The notes beneath the pieces were generated by a model. That model made no database searches and was not told the origin of the DNA. It worked only from the letters and a program-made list of their open reading frames with translations. From positions 171,623,741 through 171,687,740 of the forward strand of contig CM041465.1 in NCBI GenBank assembly GCA_023213395.1: a DNA stretch of 64,000 nucleotides, given 5' to 3'. This document shows, one piece after another, positions 1 to 13,377 of this stretch. The DNA is from Cycas panzhihuaensis. Its lineage: Eukaryota; Plantae; Cycadophyta. Positions within the stretch are counted from its first letter, which is position 1; each line of letters starts with the position of its first letter. Both the position numbers and the translations under genes were made by a program.

Positions 1-530
1 AGGCAAGATTAGTTAAGATTTAATATATCCAAATGATAATTGATTAATAATTAATAAATGATGAATGATATTTGATATTACATAGACCCAATATATTTAT
101 AGTCCATCTATGGAAGGTTGTGTTCATTTAGAAATAGATATGACCCTTCACTTAATTTAATTATGATTATTTATGCCTAAATATACCATTTAGGCTTATT
201 ACAAGCTCTCCACTCTTGAATGGCTTCATCCTTGAAGCCTACTTAAATAGAATAGTCTTCGTATGAGCAACATAATGTCATATAGATTTATGAGATTCAC
301 ATGTCGATTTAAATCGCAATAGAAGTAAACATGTGATTCAAAAGATGTTGTGTCCTAGATTCTCGTTAATCTTTTATTAAACCATGGTATTATAGACCAT
401 TGTCTTCTAGTTTGATAAGAGTTCTAGCTTTGTGCTAATGGCATGGTATATTTATTTATTAAGTGGATTGTTGTTAAGACATCCCAAGGAATCTTTCACT
501 TAAGATTATGAATAGGTATCTTGATTTTTT
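1..530 (-). mobile_element. Truncated Ty3/Gypsy LTR (ends 203) plus PPT and ~330 bp of 3' internal sequence; near-copy of 1560-2089
   Basis: Direct repeat of 1560-2089. LTR terminus ...ATTACA at 203 is followed by AGCTCTCCACTCTT (reverse-complement PPT). Confidence 0.75.
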
Positions 531-1394
531 ATTGACCAGTTCTCCCTTGAGGCCCCTTATAGGTACCCAACATTGAATGCAATTCATCCTAAGACCTTAG
601 AGATCATGTTGAGTTTTTTACCATGGCATGTATTGATTATTGGTTGTATGACCATATCCTAATACGTCTCTTTCCTAGGTCCCTTAAGGGGATACCCTTA
701 ATTAATTTTATTATTTGTCCTTCCACTCCATTCATTACTTTTAGTAATTGGTAGATACCTTCGTAAATTATTTTGATGTGACATACCCTTTTAATAATGG
801 CTATAAAGCCTTACTCTCTCTTAAACAAGGACATGATGAGCTCAACAGAGACTTCGTGCACTATTTTTCTAATTTATTCCACTTAATTAAGGCTACTCTA
901 CCTGAAGACTTGAAATGAAATATCTTTGTTAATGCTTATTATCCTAAGTTCATGCAAAAGATTTTAAGATGGGAACAACTACATGTGACTCTGCAATTGC
1001 TAAGTGTCTTTATTTGGAATCCATGAAGATCCAAGTAGGCTTAAAGAAGGTCAATAAAGCCTTCCTACAATGAGAGGCACATTATTTTCTATAACACCAA
1101 AGGTCCCAACCATTAGCTTTAAGGCCTATTATCAATAATGCTAACATGACCATAAACTTCTTAACCTCTATAGTTTGTTCTTTTAAGAAAGTATTGAGAG
1201 ATTTAAAGTTGTAACCATCCTAAAGCCAACCCAAGCTACTTGCTCCCTTACATGGGTATATGCCAATTCTCTAAGTGACCCAAGCTATTTCCTAAATTAG
1301 GGGTATTGCTACTACCCTTCCTTAGGATAAAAGGAATTTATAAAAAGAATTTATAATTAGCCTTAATTAAAACTAAGTTGACAATCTTATTCTA

Positions 1395-4300
1395 AAAGGA
1401 CATAGAAATGTTGATTGGGTTGGTTGCCAAGACTTATGCCATTTCATATTAGGGTACTGCTTTGACATGAACTCGACTATAGCCTCTTAGAGCTACAAGA
1501 AACAACCAAATGTTGCTCTCTCCTTGAGGTGACGCAAACTAGTCACACCCATAAACATAAGGCAAGATTGGTTAAGATTTAATATATCCAAATGCTAATT
1601 AATTAATAATTGATAAATGATGAATGATGTTTGATATTACATAGACCCAATATATTTATAGTCCATCTATGGAAACTTATGTTCATTTACAAATAGATAT
1701 GACCCTTCACTTAATTTAATTATGATTATTTATGCCTAAATATACCATTTAGGCTCACTACAAGCTCTCCACTCTTGAAAGGCTTCATCCTTGAAGCCTA
1801 CTTAAATAGAATAGTCTTCATACGAGCAACATAATGTCGTATAGATTTATGAGATTCACATATCAATTTAAATCGCAATAGAAGTAAACATATGATTCAA
1901 AAGATACTTTGTCCTAGATTCTCGTTAATCTTTTATTAAACCATGGTATTATAGACCATTGTCTTCTAGTTTGATAAGACTTCTGGCTTTGTGATAATGG
2001 CATGGTATATTTATTTATTAAGTAGATTGTTGTTAAGAAATCCCAACAAATCTTCCACTCAATATTATGATTAGGTATCTTGATTTTTTGAGATTTTTAT
2101 TAATTTTCTTTTGTACTTTGAATTTCAATTATGGAGATATCCAATTTGATTTCTTCAACTTTTATGGGAATAAAAGGAATATTGATGATGGTTCTCAAAC
2201 AAATGATAGTATTTGAGCAATATTAAAGTGACCATATTACAAGATATTTTTTCTATATATTTATATTACTATTTGGTGTTGATTTTTCAGATTTGTCATC
2301 ATTAGTTATTAATCCTGATTTACTGATATTGGGAGGAGTAACATATTTATTATCATCAATGTGAGGGGTTAATTTTTCACTGGATGGTTTATTTTTTAAT
2401 GGAATAATTTGGTGATATATTTTATCATTAGATTCCTATTTATTGATATCTTTAGTGGAAATGATATGACGAGTAGGGACATCTCATTTTTAAATTCTCC
2501 AGTTCTCATCTTTATCTACATGCAAAAATGATTTTTTTACAACCTTCCAATTATTGTTCATATCATGTTCTTGGTTGTTTATCACCTTCATTAATATGTT
2601 TGGAAGTTATTAATTCTTTATTCTTTCTCAGTTGTACTTTTTCCCTTTGAATTATTACTAGTAATATTATGTCATTAAGGCTTATTAGTTTCATAGACGA
2701 ATCTAGTTCTAATTGATGTTCGAATGTCATTTGATGAGGGGGTTTTTTACTTCATTTATTTTTTACTTCACTAGATTTTCTTTAGGGATCAATTCAGTAG
2801 TAAATTCTATTTATAGTTTAGGAATAATAGTGTCATTCTCTTTAAATTAATTTTTAAATGCTATTGAGAATAGTTCCCAAGTTATAGTTTTATGGTTTTC
2901 ATTTTTTTATTCTTGTGACTAATTTTTCCACTAGTTGAATGCCATTTTATACATGTGTAGTGTGATATATAATATTTTTTTCTTCATTGTTTATGATGTT
3001 TTGATATAAGAAAAAGTCTTCTAGCTCTTACAACCATTTAAGGGTATATTCCTTTAGTCCATAGAACTGAGAGATGCTAAAATTTTTCTTAATCTTCTAA
3101 TCTATCTAGTAAAGTAATCATAATTTGATGTATTCGACCTTTGACATGTCTTGTCTATGTGCTGGATTTAAATAGTCTAATTCTTTCAAATATTTTTATA
3201 GAGAATATTCCATGGTAACATTTTAAAAGAAATATCGTCATTATTTTTATGTTATATGATGTAGATATTATATGATATAAGGTAACGTAAGTTATGATTT
3301 AGGTATAAATAATAATTGATATGAAAGTAGGTTAAGCCTCTTAATCAGTACAATATATTATGATTGGATCAACCTACACATAATTCTAACTCTAAACTTA
3401 ATAAACGAGCAATATATTTATGTCATTTATCCTTTGATTGTGATTATATATGTATCACTATACTACCTTATGCAAATGTAAGTAAGGTAACTATGGCCCT
3501 TATTAAAAGCACTTAGAATATTTGATAATAAAAAGTATTAATTAATTATATAAGTGATGTGATTTAATAAATGATTATAAGTACTTATAAATAATTTATG
3601 TTAGATAATAATATGAACAATTCTAAGATAAATATGAAGAACAATGTGCAGTATATTTATCTATTGAAATATATTATGAATATATGATGTATAAGTGTTA
3701 ATAATCATATGGAAAGTGATTATATCATATATTTTATTATTTATGAATGATGGCACAAATGCTAAGAGATAAATATAAATAATTATAAATGAATATAAAT
3801 AACAATGCATAATATATTTAGACTATTGAGATATATTATCAATGTATTATATATATGAGAAAAAAAATATTTTTTAATAAGTCACGTATAAAAAGTACGA
3901 AGAAAGGGGCGTCAAATAGAATAAAGAAAAGTGATTTTCAGAAATGATGTACTAGATTATTAAGGTGACTATGTATAATACAATATATCGATTGAATATA
4001 AGTAGTGATACTAGTATTATTAATGCTATCATAATATTATTCCATATATTATTTATACACACTATAAATAAGCTAGATGGACATAACAAGACTAAATGCT
4101 AATGATTTATTTACCGAACAATGGATAGCGTGAAGAACTGAACAACCCAAGAGGATAGCCTAACAGATGGCCGCTGAAATGATGGCAAATAACATACTAT
4201 GATGTTGAGTGATAAATTTTGGCTATGTATCACAAGTAGATATCTAACTAACTCGTGGACGATAAGAATTTTATATAGGATATTATTTATAATGGTCACT

Positions 4301-4633
4301 AATATATTAATATAAATGTGTAAATAAGCATTAAAGTGATTAATATTGTATAATATTTTATACAATATTATACGAATGGAGTAATATAGTTGATAATTAT
4401 GAGCGCCCTCCTATACTTTTATATGGTTACATGCTATGAATGTATATGGCATAAAACGTTATTGGTTTATGCTTCTAGCAACAATGACACTATAAGCTCT
4501 TACATAAGACTTGATCACAAATTTTTTATTTTATTTGTAGTACCAAGCTTTTGTATTAGTCAAATTCAATTGTAGGTGTTTGGCACTAAGGTGTGATGTT
4601 AAATAAGATGTTATCACAGTGTTGAAGTGCTAA

Positions 4634-4668
<35 letters not shown>

Positions 4669-5690
4669 GTTTATAGCACTATCAGAATTTGGGCTCTGAT
4701 ACCACTTGAGGTAACCCAACCTATTCACGCTCATAAATAGGAGGCAAGGTTAGTCAAGATTGAATATAACCAAAGGATAATTAATTAATAATTAATAAAT
4801 GATGAATGATGTTTGATATTACATTGACCCAATATATTTATAATCCATCTATGGAAGGTCGTGTCCATTTACAAATAGACATGACCCTTCACTTAATCTA
4901 ATTATAATTGTTTATTCTTAAATACACCATTTAGGCTCCATGGAAGTTGAATACAAAGTAATTATTCATGTCAACACTATAATAATTTAGCTATGTAAGA
5001 TTCTTGTAGAGCTTGGACTTCATTAGACTCATGCCACCACTCTCTTTTGCAATAATCAAAGTGTTTTGAAGATGACTAAGAATCTTGTCTTTCATATAAT
5101 AACCAAACACATAGAAGTCAATCATTACTTCATCTATAAGCATATGGAAAATGGAGAAGTTGACTTAGTATACTAACTAACTAAGGACCAAGTGATAGAT
5201 ATCTTCACCAAAACACTTGGGAGACCAAAGTTCAAAAGGTTTTGGCATGACCTCGACGTCAAAACAAATAGAGTTGTCATTGAGGGAGGTGTTAAAACAT
5301 TTAACAACACCTCATTTATAATTATATTTTTATGCATCTTATATCATTGATGTACCATGATATAATTCAAATGTAATATAATATTATCTCAGATCTATCC
5401 CCTTACTAAAAAATAGGCCAATAATATTTTTCCATTATATCAACCACTAAGATTTATTTATAAGGCATATCTTCATCTCTAAATTATACCTGAACACCCT
5501 CATTTATATATTAAATTGTTATATATACAGAAGCTCTATCAGAATATAGATTGACGGTGTAATTAGTTTACCCATCGTAGTTCTTTGTTATCAATTTGCT
5601 TTGTTTTGTTGTCTATTGTATATTATTTGTATTGTTCCTTCTTTTATATCTTTTATATTTGTACACACATATGTTATCTTGATCTTGTTT
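1395..5690 (+). mobile_element. Decayed Ty1/Copia 3' end (RNase H, PPT, probable 3' LTR from 5290), split by the 1525-4940 insertion
   Basis: 1395-1524 reads VDWVGCQD...KKQPNVALS. 4941-5285 continues EVEYK...TKHIEVNHYFI...DQVIDIFTKTLG. PPT GAGGGAGG then TG at 5290. Right boundary is approximate. Confidence 0.7.
1525..4940 (-). mobile_element. Non-autonomous Ty3/Gypsy element (LTRs 1525-1762 and 4707-~4940) with decayed gag; no RT recognisable
   Basis: Paired ~235-bp LTRs, PBS-Met complement GCTCTGATACCA 4693-4704, PPT complement 1763-1776, and a Gag-like ITWELFS motif on the minus strand near 2860-2890. Inserted inside the Copia RNase H ALS/SMEVEY motif. Confidence 0.75.
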
Positions 5691-5699
5691 ATGAATTTT

Positions 5700-8600
5700 A
5701 CATAGAGGTCCTCAATAGAACTTTAGAGATATATCTGTTGTTTTTACTCAGAACACCAAAATTAATAAAGTTGTTGATTAGCTCTAGTAGAATATTGGTA
5801 TAATTTCTTACACCACTCTACAATTAGCATGCCCTCCTTCATGGCCCAATATAGTTATTCCCTACCTTCCCATTAAACATTGACCACTAACTTGCATACA
5901 ACCTCAATATAATAGAAATTGTAAAATATGGGTAAAATCCTAAACACCCTCAAACAAAACTTAGCAATGGCTCAGAGTCATATGAAGCAACGTGATGACT
6001 GCCATTGCTCTGATTGAATCTTTTCTATTGGTGATATGGTCTTTATTCACCTCCAACTATATAAATAACAATCACTCTACTACAATAGAAACCATAAACT
6101 TAATCCTTGATACTATGGTTCTTATAAGGTTAGCCTACACATTGATAAAGTTGCTTATGCCCTTGAATTCCCTTTTAATACTAAGATCTATAATGTCTTC
6201 CATGTGTCATGCCTAGAAACACTCCTTGGAAAGTATATTATATCATAGACCACTCTCCTAAACCTTGTTAAAGAGTAACTCCTAACTATTCCCCCAGACT
6301 ATATTTTGGAAACTAAACATCTCCATCTCTAAAATAGGATTATTTCAAACATTCAGTGTAATTAACTAGCAACATACTTAAAGAAGTGACATGGAATTTG
6401 GATGAATTCATCAAGAAGCATCCACATTTATTACGTTATGGGGACTCAATGTCTCAGGGTAGGGGACATGTTATATAACGACTAGTTATTGGCAAAACTC
6501 TTGTCAATGTACCCCTTGTTAGTAAGAAGCAGATGTTAATTTTGATCATGAAAATGTGTGTGTGGGCTACTGAAGGCCACTAATAGAAATAAAGCCCGAA
6601 TACCTTTCCAATGTGATTCATTGACTAAACAACCATTTTACCTATTTAAGGCCCTATGGATGTAAAAGAAGGTTAGTTTAGAATATGAAATTGCTACCAC
6701 CTATTTGGTACATTTTTTTGGTATTCGTTTTAGTGTTCATTTGTGCTCTTTCTATGTTTTATTCTTCTATTTTATGTTTAGGTGCAAAGAAATACTAGGA
6801 GGAACCATATTAAGTGGTATTAGAGCTTCGTTATGTGATGAAGGGGAGCTATGCAATAGGCAAAAATCAATATATATATATATATATATTTTCAGCCAAA
6901 TTAAGTACTCTATTTATATAAGTAGAGATTAAGGAAAGACCTTCTCTCAGTACTCTCTCCACACAAAGATTGAGGAATGGAACCAATGAAATTCAAAAGT
7001 CATGAAGAAAAGGGATTTTTTTTTTTTTTCCTTGGCAATGCTCAACGCATATCCTTTGAATTTAATTTAGTTTATTTTAATTACAGTACTTATGTCATCA
7101 GCTCAATGGTAGATAAGGTCACTTGGTGGCTATCCTTTCCCCTTCTACTCCTCATTCTCAGATAGATAACTCTATATGGAGACCACCCAAAGTAGTTAAG
7201 TACATACCTTATACCAGGGATTTATAAAGATCATAGTAATCTATCATTTTGGCTAAGTGCATTGTGATTTTTCTACCCCTTACATGAAAGATTAGAAATA
7301 ACACTCCTGAATAAACCATTAAACATAATGTGGCTATAGAATTATACCTCCACATACCTTTGAGTATATAGAAGGACCCCTACAGGTCGCAAATCCTTCC
7401 TAGTATAGGCAACCTATCAGCTACTAAAGTCATATAGTGTAGTGGTTAGTAATTAGCACCATGAAGCTACCTGCCCTAAACTTTTACATAAGAAGTCTAT
7501 TAGTAAACTTACAAGACCAAGCATACTTTGCCTAATGGTTAGTGGAATATCTTATTTCTGATCACATCTTGATTCAAATGCTCTACTTCCTACTTAAGAT
7601 TTAAAAATATAAGATAACAGACATGAAAAAAAAAAAACAAAGTCATCTCATAGTCCATAGGGAATTCTAAATTTTAAAATACTTTTTGGATTTAGAAACA
7701 ACCAATGCAATTATACTTAAGGTAAAAAAGAAGTCCATGGCCCAAAAATACCCTTAGTGACTTATACATCTTATTTTGATTAGCACGTAATGCTGACCAT
7801 TTTTTATTAGGGTAGTTTTAACTTAAATTTTTTTGATACAATAGTATATAGGCATCTTGTGAGCTCTACTGGCGAAAAAATTCACTTAAAAGCCATCTAT
7901 CACATTTTGATAAGCTTCTCATGCTCATTTTAGTGTACTAAGTAAATCCATTATACTTTTAGGGTCAATAAGCTATAGACACCCTATCCCCCCCACCTCC
8001 CCCTTACTCCCTTCTTATTCCCTCACTCGACCCCCAACTTCTTTAAATCTCTTTCTTCTTATCTATCCCTATTTTGTTGCTATGTTCTTTCTTCCTTATA
8101 TTGCTTTGTACAATCCTCTTCTTTGCTCTCATCCTACTTCAAATAATCCCATTCTCTCTTAATAACTAGTGTTTACAATTATCAATGGCACCTAACCAAG
8201 TTAACAAATTCTAGATGCTTGAAAATAATCTCACATCTATTAAGGATGAGTTTAAGACCATATAGGAAGAGATCACCAATAACAATGACCAAAATAAAAA
8301 AGAATTTATAGCCATCGAAAGTAATTTTGCAGGTATCAATCTTGACCTTGCAAACTTTTTAAAGCTACTTTAGTAAATAGTCAACTAAGGTAATGCCTTA
8401 AATCAAGCAGAGTTATCTAACCAGTAGTAGGTACCATTGCCTCCTCCATTCTAAAGTCATCAATGATAACAACCCTTCCATTACAAGATTAATATTCCTA
8501 TCTTTGATCAAGATCTAAATAAGAGCAATGTAAGGAGTTGGATTAGTAAATTATAGTCATATGTTCGACTCCATCCCATGTTCATCGATGACTAACTCAA

Positions 8601-11482
8601 CTTTACATCTATCCATCTAGATGGATAGGCTCATCATTGGCTTTAGCGGTGGAAGGAGTACCATATGAAGTAATCCTAGGATCAATTTTGTAAAAGCTTC
8701 TTTAAGCAATATCAAGACACATGGAACCATACATTCTTTAGCCAACTCACTCGACTAAGACAATCCTCAATAATAGAAGCTTTCATAAATAAGTTCTAAG
8801 CTCTCTAAAATAGGATTAATATGTAGCTAGATCAACCAACCTTAGTCAAAATCTATGTAGTTAGACTCAAAGAATACATCTAAAAATATCCTTATTAAAT
8901 ACTTTGAGATGGGCCACAACCATAGCCAAAGCAGTCAAAGCTAAATTCATAGCAGAATGCATATTCATCTCTCAATAGGATATACTATCATACCATCACT
9001 CTCGGCCAATAGATATACAATGACAACGACTTCACTTAGAGGATCGTCAGGAGGATTGTCCTACAACAGAATGCTCCATAGTAGAATGACCAATAGTAGA
9101 ACAAACCACAGGATTTGAATAAGTAAGCCTTGTTGAAGCTAAGAGAAGCCAAAAAGCTGGTCTTTGCATCAAATGTACAGAAAAACAGACTATAGATATG
9201 GTAGGGTCTGTAAAGCAAAACATATGGTCTTCACCATTGATCCTACAACATTAGTTCATGAAAATCTTGATATAGGCAATGAGCTTGAGGAAGGCCTAGC
9301 CATAGAACCCCTTTTTGACCCTAAGTTAGAACCTTGAGTTTCCCTTTCTGCTATTTCCTTTATCGTCTCCTCTACCTCTTGCCCTAAGCCTCTTTGAGTT
9401 AGAAGCACCTTGAAGAAGATTCATGTCATCATCTTGATCGATAGTGATGCATCACTTAACTCCATCATCATGTCCCTAGCCAAACAACTTAACTTATACA
9501 TAATACCAAAAACTAGTTTTACTTACTCCTTACTAGGATACCATAAACTCCACTATACAGGTCTCATTAAAAACCTCCACATCTATATTGACACATATTA
9601 ATTGGATTCTAATTGTTATGCCCTTTCCATAGGAGGATCAAATATCATCCTAGGAGTCAAATAACTCCAAACCCTTAGCACTTACAATACTAATAATCCC
9701 CTTATTAATCCATTTATTATATTCAAAGACCAATTTGGATAAATACATAAACTACATGGGTATCACCTACAAGTGTTCGACTTCACCATATCTTATAAAA
9801 AGGCCAAAGAAAATGTCATAGTCGATGCTCTCTCCTGCTTACCTTTAGAATCATCTTAGCCCATATTATAAGCCATCTTTGCCCTCCAACCTATATGGCT
9901 ATAAGAATTAACAATAGATAACTAATCTCAAGTAGTTTTTGCTAAACGTTCCTTAAAAATTTAATATCAGAAGGATTTGACCTTGCACAACACCCATATT
10001 CTCTACAAAAATCAAATCTTTATCCATCCATCATCTTCCTTCATTCTTCGTATCTTGACTAAGTACCATACCATCCCTTTAGGAGGCCACTCATGTTTTA
10101 ATAAAACCTATCGATGTATACAATATAACTTCTATTGGCCTCAAATGAAATCATCCACACCAACATTCATAGTAAAATGTGATGTCTACCAACATAATAA
10201 AGAAAATACAAGGGCTTAGCCTAGGCTCCTTTAACCTGTTCAAATTTTATAAGGTAAATAGCAAGATATTACCATGGATTTCATCACAAACCTTCCATCC
10301 TCTATTAGAAATGACTCCAGATAGGTAATCATTGATTGACTAACAAAATATGTATACTTTCTACTAATCCACACATCCTACTAAGCCCCCTGCTTGGCCT
10401 ACCTACATATCCAATTCATTTTTTGCCTCCACAGTTTTCCATGTATTATAGTTTCATATTAGAACCCTAAATTCACATCTTCTTTTTTGTAAGAACTCTT
10501 CTCTGTAGTTGGTACCTCTTTCAACATAAGTTCCTCTTATCACCCCTAGACAAATGGTCAATCTGAGATCCTTAATAGAACTTTAGAGACATATCTCCAT
10601 TGTTTTACCTCAAAACACCAAAATTTATGGACTTCCTTGTTAGCTCGAGTAGAATCCTAGTATAATTCTTGACACCACTTTGTAATTGGCATTCTGCCCT
10701 TCATGGCTCTATATAGTTATCTCCCACCTTCCTATCACACATTGGCCACTAACTTGCATACAACCACAGTACAATAGAAACTACAAGACATGGATAAAAT
10801 TCTAAATACCCTTAGACAAAACTTAGCAATGGATCAGAATTGGATGAAGTAACTTGTTGACTGCCACTACTCTGATTAAACCTTTTTTGTTGGTGACATG
10901 ATCTTTATTCACCTCCAACTATATAAGCAGCAGTCACTCTGCCACAACAAAAACTATAAACTTAATCCTCGATACTATGGTCGTTGTAAGGTTAGCCAAC
11001 ACATTAGTGAAGTCGCTTATGCCCTTGAATTCCCTTCTAATACTAAGATCCATAACTTCTTCTATGTGCCATGCCTTAAAAAGCTCTTTAGAAAGTCCAT
11101 TGTACCACATATCACTCTCATAATCCTCACCAAAGAGCAACTCCTAATCTTTCCCCTACACTGTATTTTAGAAACTAAACACCACTGTCTCCAAAGTAAG
11201 ACCATTTTTTAACATTTGGCGCAATTGACTGGCAGTAGACTCGAGGAAATGACATGGGAGCTAGATGAATTTATCAAGTAGCATCCATATCTATTACACT
11301 GTGGGGACTCAATATCTTAGGAGAGGGGACCTATTACATAACCACTAGTGGTTGGCTGAACTCTTGGGAATGTACTCCTTATTAGTAAAAACCAGGTATT
11401 AATGTTGACCATTAGAATGTATGCGCAGGTCACTTAGGACCACCAATGGAAATAAATGTTAAATGTCTCTCCAATGAGATTT
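5700..11482 (+). mobile_element. Decayed tandem chromovirus-type Ty3/Gypsy: integrase tail 5700-6468, shared LTR 6469-6812, leader, gag-PR, RT/RH deleted, integrase, truncated LTR 11332-~11482
   Basis: PPT then TG at 6469. PBS TGGTATTAGAGC 6815-6826. Gag start near 8185. Protease ILIDSDAS near 9430. Integrase GGHSCFNKTY and KLNPRYYG..VAYALEFP. Second PPT and LTR copy at 11320-11482. 5700-6468 duplicates 10565-11331. Confidence 0.8.
7100..7480 (+). other. Conserved structured 5' leader module (decayed copy)
   Basis: Colinear with 46606-46950 and with the reverse complement of 31270-31645 (TCATTTTGGCTAAG, ACACTCCTGAA, CCTCCAC..GTATATAG.AGGACCCC, CTTCCTAGTATAGGCAAC). Confidence 0.65.
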
Positions 11483-12914
11483 AGACATAGGTTGAAAATT
11501 TTTAATTCTAATCAATTCTAACTATAGATGTTCTTATGTATATTTATTAGCCTTGAACAATTACTATTATCTATTACATATATACATACATTTACATTTT
11601 GATATTAGTTACATAGATGAAGTAAATTGGTGATAGGTGTAGTTAGTACTTTCACTAATACCTTGAAGAGGATTCATATGTAGAGTGATTTAAACTTTTT
11701 AAAACTATATATAAATATAAGAGCCATTTAAATGAAAAAGGTGATATTAATTTTTAAATGTAGTTTTGATTTTAAAAACAATTTTGGTCTTCATTGTTAG
11801 CATATGCAAGTTTGAATCTAAAAGCAATTGTTCTATTTATTGTCTTTATTATTGGAAAATACAAAATAAAGAATTAAGGTAGAAGAAAATATTTAGTGTA
11901 TCTAAAAGTTGCTTTTAGAATTATTTTGATTTATGGGGCCTTACCCTATTAACATTTAGGGTTAAATATAAACACCTACCACGACTTTGAACAAGCTTAG
12001 GCACATGAAAAGTAAGTTTTTGTGCACACTAAGCATATGTGCTTATTTAGGAAATTAAACCCTTATACCTTAGTCATTATGACATAGGTTTCACATTTTT
12101 TGGGCAATATTTTCAAGGATAAGACCATGAAAGGAGAGAGGTAACGATGAATTTTAGAAATAATAATATATATCTTGATTTTGTGTATAAGTTTTTTAAG
12201 GAGACATGAACATAAGCATATGAACTTCTCTTTACTTGGGCATTTCCACCTTAGTCTACCTCTAGTTATTGTCCTATATTGTGCACTTATTATGACTCTC
12301 TTACCTATCTTATATTTAGTATTTATGTACCATTTTCAAGGATTAAATGGAGGAATACAAGAAGTGTCAATAGATTTCAATGTAACTTTAAAGGTGATTC
12401 TAATAGTGCTAATGCACTTGTAGCTTCTTAACCACATACATATGCATGCCATGATTCACTCCTATTTATATCGCATAGCACTTTGATTCTTATGTCCATG
12501 ACTTGACTTATGCTTGTATTTTAGCCACATATATTTTCATTATAAATTTGTATGCATATTGGTTTAAATGATATTGTGACAACATCATTGAATGACCTTT
12601 TCTTTCACATTAAATATGCACATATGAATTTGGAGGAAAGTAGAACGTTAAAGTCTATGGTCTTCTCCTTTGTGTTGAATATGTATTCATTATTGTTTTG
12701 AATTTGCTTTGATTATCATTGCCACCCAATTAAAATTTCCTCATTATTTCTAGATACCATTTTATTGAGTGCAAGTTGCATTTGTTTGTCCTCTTTTTTT
12801 CTTTGTGTTTCAGTTATTCAACCTAGATTGCTTGTAGTATGGAACACGTTATTTGTACTTACCTTATCGCACTACTTGTATTTCTCAATTACTTAGAATT
12901 ATTGGGCTAGATTC

Positions 12915-13320
12915 TTGACCATGTGAATTTAAGATGCATGTATGCATATGAGCTCAAGGGAGATCAAGGCATTAAAGTGTGTGGCATGTTGCCTTCTTTA
13001 TATACATAGTTTATATTCCTAGTCCCTTCTCATCCTTGTCATTAAAGTGTGTGGCATGTTGGCTTCTTTATATACATAGTTTATATTCCTAGTCCCTTCT
13101 CATCCTTGTCACATATTATAATTGTAGTTGTCAAGTCAATTTTACCTACAGCATGTTGTATCCATGCATCTTCCCTTTTCTAATGTTGCTTGACTAATTT
13201 AAACCCCATTTAGAAGCATATGTGGCTTACTTAAGTGGTCAAGTTTCTTTTTGGCTCAACCACTCTCTCTTCATGGGTATTCACACTTGGGATACATTTA
13301 TCTTTGATTGCCTATATATA
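12915..13320 (+). promoter_or_regulatory. Putative promoter: W-box cluster and TATA box
   Basis: TTGACY at 12915-12920, 13134-13139 (reverse), 13190-13195 and 13237-13242 (reverse). CCTATATATA at 13311-13320, ~60 bp upstream of the ATG. Confidence 0.55.
12970..13109. repeat. Tandem duplication of a 70-bp unit in the receptor-kinase promoter
   Basis: 12970-13039 and 13040-13109 differ at one position seen (GCC/GGC). Confidence 0.95.
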
Positions 13321-13377
13321 TGAGTTTGAAGGAGGTTAACCCACACATAGCCCTAAGATTCATTTTCATTTTTGAAG

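Noticed and set aside
531-1394. Possible Copia RT remnants
   Set aside because: Too decayed to assign motifs by eye; left unannotated.
11483-12900. AT-rich region with faint degenerate repeats (..GCATATG..)
   Set aside because: No termini, TSD or coding motif found to support a specific call.
13372-13377. ORF-track start at TTG and a 1096-aa single-exon product
   Set aside because: The first ATG is at 13378, and the default product needs the 81-nt intron removed.
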